In this document: piece after piece, positions 13,538 through 20,000 of the stretch
Numbering within the stretch: position 1 is the stretch's first letter
Layout: every line of letters begins with the position of its first letter
Origin: Occultella glacieicola
GTDB lineage: Bacteria; Actinomycetota; Actinomycetes; Actinomycetales; Beutenbergiaceae
NCBI RefSeq assembly: GCF_004353825.1
Contig: NZ_SMNA01000009.1
Coordinates: 185,652-205,651, forward strand
Reading direction: 5' to 3'
Length of the DNA stretch: 20,000 bases
The notes under the pieces: generated by a model
What the model was told of the DNA's origin: nothing
What the model saw: the letters and a program-made list of their open reading frames with translations, nothing else
Database searches by the model: none
Made by a program: the position numbers and the translations under genes

Positions 13538-13885
13538 GTGGCTGGTGGTAGTGCAATTCGGGGTTCGCGCGTCGGCGCCGGACCGATGGGCGAGGCCGAG
13601 CGGGGCGACGCCGCGCCGCGGGTGTGGATCTCCTACTGGTGCGCGTCGGGCCACGAGACCCGCCCGAGCTTCGCCCAGGAGCCCGGCATGGTGGTCCCGG
13701 AGACGTGGGACTGCCCGCGCTGCGGCCTGCCCGCCGGTCAGGACCAGGCGAACCCGCCGTCGGCCCCCAAGAACGAGCCGTACAAGACCCACCTCGCGTA
13801 CGTGAAGGAGCGCCGTACCGACTCCGACGGCGCCGCCCTCCTCGACGAGGCGCTCGCGGCCCTGCGGGCCCGGCGCGGCGGCTGA
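13538..13885 (+). CDS. rbpA: RNA polymerase-binding protein, RbpA family (secG-linked type)
   Basis: AIRGSRVG N-terminus, putative zinc site WCASGH...WDCPRCG, C-terminal KTHLAYVKERR...LDEALAALR helix; SD GGGAG before the GTG. Confidence 0.85.
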   Translation: MAGGSAIRGSRVGAGPMGEAERGDAAPRVWISYWCASGHETRPSFAQEPGMVVPETWDCPRCGLPAGQDQANPPSAPKNEPYKTHLAYVKERRTDSDGAALLDEALAALRARRGG

Positions 13886-13937
13886 CGCGCGGTCCGAACT
13901 GCCCGCTGGGCCCGGCCCCACCGAACTGCCTGATGTG

Positions 13938-13973
13938 GTGTGGTTCCGACGTACCGGTACGTCGGAATCACGC
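13938..13973. terminator. Palindrome, probable bidirectional terminator between convergent rbpA and ydbT-like genes
   Basis: TTCCGACGTACCGGTACGTCGGAA (13944-13967) is a perfect 24-bp palindrome, extended by GTGTGG/TCACGC with two G-U pairs. Confidence 0.7.
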
Positions 13974-13984
13974 TGCTCCCGCGA

Positions 13985-15577
13985 CTACCCTCGAGTCCCG
14001 GCACTCTCCGTGTCGGCACCCATCGGTTCAGCCGACACCAGGAACGGGCGCAGCAGCCCCGGCACGGCCTCATCGGCGAGGTCGAGGCCGGCTCCCTCAC
14101 CCACGTCGACGACGGAGTACCTGCCCCGGCTCGCGGCCGTGGTGGCCGTCACCGTGAGCACGCCGACCCGTCGTTGGAACACCGACTGCCGGATCCGCCA
14201 GCCGATGATCCCCGGCCGGGACAGGGCCACGGTGCTGCGCCGGATGCTGCCGCGGCGGGCCACCAGGTGGTCCGGGGTGAGGGCGTTGCCGAGGCTGCGG
14301 GCGCCGTCCACGGCGACCGCGACCGCGACCACCGAACCGATGATCGCGGCGACGATCATGACCGAGGTCCAGAACGCCGTCGGGCGGGTAAGGCCCACCA
14401 GCACGCCGACCGCGGCGACCAGCCCGACGACCACCAGCCCGGCCCGGAACAGCCGCCGGTTCCGGGCCGCCCGCGGGTGCGGACTGAGCCCCGGTAGGGC
14501 CTCGCCGAGGAGTCGTTCGGCGACGGCGACCGGGACGGCCCGGGGTGAGGCCGGCACCAGGGTGGCCGACTCCTGCTTCTCGGCGTCGGCGCTCAGGCCG
14601 GTGGCCAGGACGTCCAGTCGCGCCGCCCGGGCGAGGCGGATCCCGAGCGGCTCCACCAGGTCGACGCCGCGCACCCGGGCCTCGTCGAAGCTGATCGACC
14701 GGGACGTGAGCAGCCCTCGACGCACCCGCAGGGTGCCGTGCGCACGTTCCAGCCGGTAGCCCCACCAGGCCTCGAGGCCCAGGGCGGTCAGGCCGATCGC
14801 GCCGAGCACCACGAACACCACGACGGCGCCCAGCAGCGCCGGCCAGGCCCCGAACCGGTCGGCCAGGGTCTGTGCCCACTCCACCGGCAGCCCGGGCACG
14901 CCGAACCACTCCGCCACCTGGAACACGGCCCCCGCCGCGCCGGCGGCGATCAGCAGGGTGAAGATCGACAGGGGCACGTACCGGACCCACTGCGGCGACC
15001 AGGACGCCAGAGCCGGGGCGGAGTCGGCATCGGCCCCGGTGCCCGTGTCGGTCCGGGCCCGGTGGAGCAGGTCGGTGCGCAACCGCTCACCCCCGGCCCT
15101 GGTGATCGGGTCCAGCACGATCGTCTGACCGTCGCCCTCGCTGACCTTCTCCCCGGTGCCGATGGACAACCGGACCAGCCCGAACGCCCGCAGCAGCACG
15201 TTCGCGGTCAGGTCCACGTTCCGGATCCGTTCCCGGGCCAGGGACCGGCGGCGCTTGAACAGGATGCCGCTGTGCATCTCGAGGCGGCTCTCGGTGAGCC
15301 GGTACCGGGTGGTGCGCCAGCGCAGGTGGTCGGCGATCGCGGAGCCGATCGTGACCGCGAGCGTGCCGCCCACGCACCAGGCGAGCGCCGCGGGCCCGGC
15401 CTCGCTCTGCGCCCAGATCGGGACGACGATGAGGACCGAACTGCCCGCGAAGACCGCGAACAGCGTGATCGCGGTGACGAGCACGGTCCTGCGGTCGAGG
15501 ATGAGCCAGTCGGTCTCCACCTCCGGTTCGCCGGGCGGCGTCGCCGCCGAGGTCGCGAGGTCCTCGGCGCCGTTCAC
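13985..15577 (-). CDS. YdbT-like membrane protein with repeated bacterial PH (bPH_2) domains, 530 aa
   Basis: Repeated units of a TM pair followed by WRTTRYRLT...SGILFKRRRSL..ERIRNVDL, YRLER...RRGLLTSRSISF..ARVRGVDL and RRGSIRRSTV...GIIGWRIRQSVFQRR. The GTG start overlaps the upstream TGA (GTGA). The track's 16246 start is over-extended. Confidence 0.85.
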   Translation of the reverse strand: MNGAEDLATSAATPPGEPEVETDWLILDRRTVLVTAITLFAVFAGSSVLIVVPIWAQSEAGPAALAWCVGGTLAVTIGSAIADHLRWRTTRYRLTESRLEMHSGILFKRRRSLARERIRNVDLTANVLLRAFGLVRLSIGTGEKVSEGDGQTIVLDPITRAGGERLRTDLLHRARTDTGTGADADSAPALASWSPQWVRYVPLSIFTLLIAAGAAGAVFQVAEWFGVPGLPVEWAQTLADRFGAWPALLGAVVVFVVLGAIGLTALGLEAWWGYRLERAHGTLRVRRGLLTSRSISFDEARVRGVDLVEPLGIRLARAARLDVLATGLSADAEKQESATLVPASPRAVPVAVAERLLGEALPGLSPHPRAARNRRLFRAGLVVVGLVAAVGVLVGLTRPTAFWTSVMIVAAIIGSVVAVAVAVDGARSLGNALTPDHLVARRGSIRRSTVALSRPGIIGWRIRQSVFQRRVGVLTVTATTAASRGRYSVVDVGEGAGLDLADEAVPGLLRPFLVSAEPMGADTESAGTRG

Positions 15578-16080
15578 GTCGCGTCCCCGGGGGTGGCGTT
15601 GGTGACGATCGTCAGCTCGTGCGCGAGCTCGGTGGCCTGGGCGTCGTCGAGCCCGGCGATCGACACCGGTCCCGCCGCCGACGCCGTGGTGACCACCACG
15701 GTGGCGAGCCCGAACGCCCGCTGCAGCGGCCCACGGGTGGTGTCCACGGTCTGGATCCTGCTCATCGGCGCCACCCGCCAGGTCTGCCAGAAGTACCCGG
15801 TCCGGGTGTACACGGCGTGCTCGGTGACCTCCCACCGGTGCTTGGCGTACCACCACAGCGGCAGCGCCACGGCCAGCCCACCGCCGACCACGATCACGAC
15901 GGCGGCGGGGCCGAGCAGCCAGACCCGGGCCGGCGCGATGATGATGCCGAGCACCACCAGCGGCAGCGCGATCACGGCGGTCCAGATGATCGCGCTCCAG
16001 CGCCACCAGGCGACCACCCGGCGGTCGTACCGGTGCCGCGGCGGGCGCAGCTGCATCCCGGTCGTACGCGGCGCCGGCAT
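15574..16080 (-). CDS. YdbS-like membrane protein with one bPH_2 domain, 168 aa
   Basis: From ATG 16080: MPAPRTTGMQLRPPRH...two TM helices...WWYAKHRWEVT...TRTGYFWQTWRVAPMSRIQTVDTTRGPLQRAFGLATVVVTTAS...IAGLD. TGATG overlap with the methyltransferase stop. Confidence 0.88.
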   Translation of the reverse strand: MPAPRTTGMQLRPPRHRYDRRVVAWWRWSAIIWTAVIALPLVVLGIIIAPARVWLLGPAAVVIVVGGGLAVALPLWWYAKHRWEVTEHAVYTRTGYFWQTWRVAPMSRIQTVDTTRGPLQRAFGLATVVVTTASAAGPVSIAGLDDAQATELAHELTIVTNATPGDAT

Positions 16081-16748
16081 CAGCGCACGTACGCCAGGAC
16101 GATGCCGTCGTAGCCCTTGCTCCCGACGGTCTGCAGCGCCGTGGCGTCGACGCGCTGCTCCGCGACCAACGTGGCGAGCGCGTCGACCATCGCGCGGGTG
16201 CCCCGGACGTCGGGACGGTCGCTCTGCGGATCGGTGACCGCGCCACCGCGCACCACGTTGTCCACGACGATCAACCCGCCGGGCCGGGTCAGGCGCAGTG
16301 CCCAGTCGAGGTAACCCGGGTTGTTCTGCTTGTCGGCGTCGATGAAGACGAGGTCGAACGGTGCGTCGATGTCCGCCGCGACGCCCGGGAGGGTCTCCAG
16401 CGCGGACCCGACCCGAACCTCGACGAGGTCCTGCAGGCCGGCCCGCTCGATGTTCTCCCGGGCGATCCGGGCGTGTTCGGGGGAGTACTCCAGGGTGATC
16501 AGGGCGCCGTCGACGGGCAGCGCCCGGGCCAGATGGATCGTGGAGTACCCGAACAACGTGCCGACCTCCAGGACCCGCCGCGCCGAGACGGTGCGGGCCA
16601 GCACGCCGAGCAGTCCGCCGAGGAGGTCCGAGACCTGGATCTGGGGCAGGTCGGAGCCGGCCTCGACCGACTCGGTCAGGACCCGGTCGCGGGGGCGGAG
16701 ACGGTCGGCGAAATAACGGTCGACTTCGGTCCATCGTGCGGTGTCCAT
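16080..16748 (-). CDS. SAM-dependent O-methyltransferase (caffeoyl-CoA/COMT-like, Methyltransf_3)
   Basis: WTEVDRYF, RVLEVGTLFGYSTI, FDLVFIDADKQNNPGYL, IVVDNVVRGG (metal-binding D/D/N), QTVGSKGYDG. Upstream CAGGAT, 6 nt, ATG suggests a leaderless transcript. Confidence 0.92.
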   Translation of the reverse strand: MDTARWTEVDRYFADRLRPRDRVLTESVEAGSDLPQIQVSDLLGGLLGVLARTVSARRVLEVGTLFGYSTIHLARALPVDGALITLEYSPEHARIARENIERAGLQDLVEVRVGSALETLPGVAADIDAPFDLVFIDADKQNNPGYLDWALRLTRPGGLIVVDNVVRGGAVTDPQSDRPDVRGTRAMVDALATLVAEQRVDATALQTVGSKGYDGIVLAYVR

Positions 16749-16952
16749 ACCCCGATCCTGACAAACCCGGAGGGTCCTGACCAGGGGTGCACCGATCCGC
16801 TACGGTGACACGCGAGGGGGTCGATGGGGCCATCTGCCCACACATCGCCGCAGAATCCGGCGGCATTCGGTGTGTGGAATCGATAGCGTGCTCCCTGTTG
16901 CCGACCTCGCGTTGCGCGAACACATTCGACGCCAGTACCGAAGGGAGAACGG

Positions 16953-18521
16953 ATGAGCGGCGATGCACCACTCCCGCAGTCCGCATCACCGAGGACCGAG
17001 CCGGGTGACCTCACGCCGGAGCTCGTCGAGACCGATATCTGGACCGACGACATGGTCGCGCGCGCGGGCATCCCCGTGGTCCCCGTGCCGTTCGTGACGG
17101 TGGGTGGCGGCATCGGTTCCTTCGTGACCGTGGACTACCTGCGGATCTACGGCGTGCCGGCGCAGCAGATCGTGGTCCTGACCGGCCTCGACGTGCCCTG
17201 GCAGAGCTACGAGTACCTCACCCGGGTCTCGCAGATCCCACGCACGGAGCGGCTCCGCTCGGACTCCCAGTCCCGACCGGACAACATCTGGGGCTTCCCG
17301 TCCTACGCGGTCTCCGAGGCGTTCGCGGCGAAGAACCTCAAGGATTTCCTGTGGCCGCTGTGGAACGTGTTCACCGAGCCGATCCTGACGAACTACTACA
17401 CCCCGAGGGCGGGGCAGGCCTTCTCCGGCATGGAGAAGGAGATGAACCGGATCGGCTATCTGCAGTCCGTGCGCAAGGGGCAGGTCCGGATGGTCCGCCG
17501 GCGTGCCGGGGGCGGCTACTACACGATCCTGACCCCGCCCGCGGGGGCCGCGCCGACGAAGCGGATCGCCTACCAGAGCCAGTACGTGCACATCGCGATC
17601 GGTTACCCGGGCCTTCGGCTGCTGAAGGACCTGCAGGACTACCGGCTCACGTACCGCGATCCCACCAAGGTGGTGAACGCGTACGAGCCGCACGAGCACG
17701 TCTACGACCAGTTGCGGATCCGTCCGGGCAAGGTGGTCGTGCGCGGTGGCGGCATCGTCGCGTCCCGGGTGCTGCAACGGCTCATCGACGACCGGGACAA
17801 GTACCACCTTCAGACGGAGATCCTCCAGGTGTTCCGGACGTTCTACACCGGGCCGCACGGGAAGGACATCTTCAACCGGCGTCCCGGCGGGCACGGATGG
17901 GCCTACCAGGGCTTCAACTACCCGAAGTCGGTGTGGGGCGGCCAGCTGAAGGAGAAGATGGCCAAGCTCGAGGGCGAGGCCCGCGCGCAGGCCTACGAGG
18001 AGATGGGCGGCACGAACACCCCGTTCCGCCGGAACTGGCTGGAGCAGCTCAAGCGGGGCCGGTCGCAGGGCTGGTACCGGGAGATGCAGGGCACGTTCGA
18101 CAACATCCGCCCGGGGCCGAACGGCGCCGGCGTGGTGGTCGCGATGGACACCCAGCACGGCCGGCTCGAGGAATACGCCGACTTCGTGATCGACTGCACC
18201 GGCCTCGAGGCGGACATCCGGGAGAGCCGCGTGCTCGCGGATCTGCTCGACCACAGCGGCGCCGGCCGTAATCCCAAGGGGCGCCTCGACGTCAACGCGC
18301 AGTTCGAGGTGATCGGCACCCGCAGCCGCCCGGGCCGTCTGTACGCCTCCGGGAGCTCGACGCTCGGCGGCCCGTTCCCGGGCGTCGACACGTTCCTGGG
18401 GCTGCAGATCTCCGCCCAGGAGATCGCCGACGACCTCGCCCGAGTGGGCTTCGTGAAGAGAATGGGTCCGGGACGGTCCATCGCGCAATGGTGGCGCTGG
18501 GCCCGGAACCGGCCGATCTAG
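16953..18521 (+). CDS. Uncharacterised FAD/NAD(P)-binding oxidoreductase (class B flavoprotein monooxygenase-like layout), 522 aa
   Basis: Two Rossmann glycine loops (FVTVGGGIGS; VVVRGGGIVAS), two ATG-like strand motifs (VHIAIGYP; FVIDCTGLE) and late LYASG; SD AAGGGAG at 16941-16947; strong GC3 codon bias. Substrate unknown. Confidence 0.75.
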   Translation: MSGDAPLPQSASPRTEPGDLTPELVETDIWTDDMVARAGIPVVPVPFVTVGGGIGSFVTVDYLRIYGVPAQQIVVLTGLDVPWQSYEYLTRVSQIPRTERLRSDSQSRPDNIWGFPSYAVSEAFAAKNLKDFLWPLWNVFTEPILTNYYTPRAGQAFSGMEKEMNRIGYLQSVRKGQVRMVRRRAGGGYYTILTPPAGAAPTKRIAYQSQYVHIAIGYPGLRLLKDLQDYRLTYRDPTKVVNAYEPHEHVYDQLRIRPGKVVVRGGGIVASRVLQRLIDDRDKYHLQTEILQVFRTFYTGPHGKDIFNRRPGGHGWAYQGFNYPKSVWGGQLKEKMAKLEGEARAQAYEEMGGTNTPFRRNWLEQLKRGRSQGWYREMQGTFDNIRPGPNGAGVVVAMDTQHGRLEEYADFVIDCTGLEADIRESRVLADLLDHSGAGRNPKGRLDVNAQFEVIGTRSRPGRLYASGSSTLGGPFPGVDTFLGLQISAQEIADDLARVGFVKRMGPGRSIAQWWRWARNRPI

Positions 18522-18531
18522 GAAGGCAACC

Positions 18532-18966
18532 GTGCTACCCACCCTGAACGGCCGACTTCAGTCACGGATCCTCGTCACCGCCATCCTCGGCGGGATCTGG
18601 ACGCTCCTCATCACCCCCGTGCTGCCGACGGGTGCACCGCTGGGCGAGAGTTACCGGACGACCTTCATCATCCTGCTCACGGTCATCGTGCTCGGCGTCC
18701 TCTGGGAGTTCCTCTACCACTTCCTCCAGCAGTTCCGGTGGGAGAAGGACTGGCCCTCGAGCTGGGGCCTGTTCACCGGGATCAACGAGGGCCTGCTGAT
18801 CTGGCTGCTGATCAACGTCGGCGGGGTCCCCGGCGTCGCGCACGTGCCCGGCTGGGCCTACCTGATCCAGTTCGTCACCACCTGGTTCCTCATCTGGGCG
18901 GCCCAGAACGGACCGTTGCGGGTTCCGTTCATCCGCTGGCGTTTCAATGGAGGTCGTTTCCTGTGA
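18532..18966 (+). CDS. Uncharacterised small integral membrane protein (~4 TM), 144 aa
   Basis: Four hydrophobic stretches with a polar core WEFLYHFLQQFRWEKDWP and GINEG; SD GGAAGG before the GTG; 10 bp after the flavoprotein stop. Confidence 0.85.
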   Translation: MLPTLNGRLQSRILVTAILGGIWTLLITPVLPTGAPLGESYRTTFIILLTVIVLGVLWEFLYHFLQQFRWEKDWPSSWGLFTGINEGLLIWLLINVGGVPGVAHVPGWAYLIQFVTTWFLIWAAQNGPLRVPFIRWRFNGGRFL

Positions 18967-20000
18967 AGGTGAACTTCGACGATGTTCCGGCACGCGTCCA
19001 CCCGGGCCGCCACCACCTGGTGCGGCTGCCGGGGGTGGTCGCGATCATCCGGACCGACCCGGGCACCGACCCGGACGCGGCGAACGACCTGCTGGAGCGC
19101 ATCCAGACGTCCTCCCGGACCGCGCCGACGGCACCCGGGCGCGACCTCGCCCGGCAGCTGTCCATCTGGCTGAGCCGGTTCGAGGAGACCAACGGGGTGG
19201 CACCCGGCTTCGGGGCCATCTCGGCCAGTGAGGACGGCGTCGCGATCTTCCTGTACGGGGACGTGAGCGTCACCGAGCGCACCGGTGCGGCCGACCTGCC
19301 CGCAGAGGACCGGGTCGCCCTCTTCGGCAAGGACGCGGCGTTCACCGTGGACCGGCTGCTGCCGTGGCCCGCGGGAGCGCTGCAGCTGATCGCCGATGAC
19401 GACGCCGACGGCGAACTGGACATCCCCGAAAACGCCGCGGATGCCCTCGCGGCCGCCGAGGGCCCGATGCCCGACTGGGCCGGGTTCCACCGGGGCGTCA
19501 CGCCCGGCGGCGGTGTGCTCCTCGGCCCGATCACCGCGCACATGGGCGACCCCGTCGCACCAGTCCCGGCGCCGTCGTCCGCCAGCCACCTGGCCGACGT
19601 CCCGGTGCCGTCCGGGCCCGCGCCGCACGCACCGGTGCCGGGCGCGTCGGCCACGCTGGTCGGCTCCGTCTACGACGCCGAAGCGATGTCCGACGGCGCC
19701 GCGATGGCCGGCGAGGACGTGGCCGGCGGTGCGACGGCCGACGACGAACTGGCCGACGCGATGGCCCACGGCGGCCCGCACGGTGAAGCCATGAGCGACG
19801 CCGAGGCGAATTCGGACGGGGAGTCCATGGCCGGCGCCGACGGGCCGATGGCCCAGGCGGCGGCCGAGCCCGCCAGCCCGGCGTCCCCCTCGGCCGGGAC
19901 GCCGGTGGTCCCGCCGCCGCCGTCCGCGGGGACCCCGGTGGTGCCCCCGGCCCCGTCGGCCGGCACGCCCGTGACGCCCGAGCCGCCGGCGGGTGCAAAG
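18963..20000 (+). CDS. Uncharacterised protein with globular N-terminus and Pro/Ala/acidic low-complexity linker, 3' end outside window (possible FHA-domain protein)
   Basis: Not in the ORF track because it has no stop in the window. GTG 18963 overlaps the upstream TGA (GTGA) and the frame is open for 346 codons: MKVNFDDVPARVHPGRHHLVRLPGVVAIIRTD...GRDLARQLSIWL...GVAIFLYGDVSV...TVDRLLPWP...GVTPGGGVLLGP, then a disordered linker. FHA is inference only; no FHA domain is visible here. Confidence 0.8.
   Translation, partial: MKVNFDDVPARVHPGRHHLVRLPGVVAIIRTDPGTDPDAANDLLERIQTSSRTAPTAPGRDLARQLSIWLSRFEETNGVAPGFGAISASEDGVAIFLYGDVSVTERTGAADLPAEDRVALFGKDAAFTVDRLLPWPAGALQLIADDDADGELDIPENAADALAAAEGPMPDWAGFHRGVTPGGGVLLGPITAHMGDPVAPVPAPSSASHLADVPVPSGPAPHAPVPGASATLVGSVYDAEAMSDGAAMAGEDVAGGATADDELADAMAHGGPHGEAMSDAEANSDGESMAGADGPMAQAAAEPASPASPSAGTPVVPPPPSAGTPVVPPAPSAGTPVTPEPPAGAK
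19887..19985 (+). repeat. 3 x 33-bp coding tandem repeat (PSAGTPVVPPP-like)
   Basis: Encodes PSAGTPVVPPP / PSAGTPVVPPA / PSAGTPVTPEP, with synonymous differences between units. Confidence 0.85.

Noticed and set aside
16916..16929. GCGAACACATTCGA as a second SOS box
   Set aside because: It is 2 bp shorter than CGAAC-N4-GTTCG, so the spacing does not fit LexA.
13985..16989. Fused or frameshifted 753-aa and 471-aa proteins spanning MTase/ydbS/ydbT
   Set aside because: The extensions are off-frame read-through of neighbouring genes. Clean TGATG and GTGA overlaps define three separate CDSs.

Overview
High-GC actinobacterial chromosome, probably Micrococcales (inferred from gene order and protein style). 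Bases 1-13.9 kb are a conserved housekeeping block: a truncated GH15 glycoside hydrolase (minus strand, missing from the ORF track), uvrA, an OsmC-family peroxidase gene divergent from uvrC, then uvrC-rapZ-yvcK-whiA-gap-pgk-tpiA-secG and an RbpA-family gene. From about 13.9 kb the region looks accessory. It holds a translationally coupled minus-strand operon (O-methyltransferase, YdbS-like, YdbT-like bPH_2 membrane proteins). Divergent from that is an uncharacterised plus-strand operon: a 522-aa two-dinucleotide-binding flavoprotein, a 144-aa membrane protein, and a >346-aa protein with a Pro/Thr repeat linker that runs off the window and is also missing from the ORF track. This operon is the best candidate for an undescribed system. 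Non-coding signals: a LexA box abutting a PafBC/RecA-NDp-type promoter at a leaderless uvrA, a 4x11-bp G-quadruplex-like repeat, a 33-bp divergent osmC/uvrC promoter, a REP-like triplet and several hairpins. No rRNA, tRNA, CRISPR or transposase was recognised. All family calls are by motif recognition, not database search.
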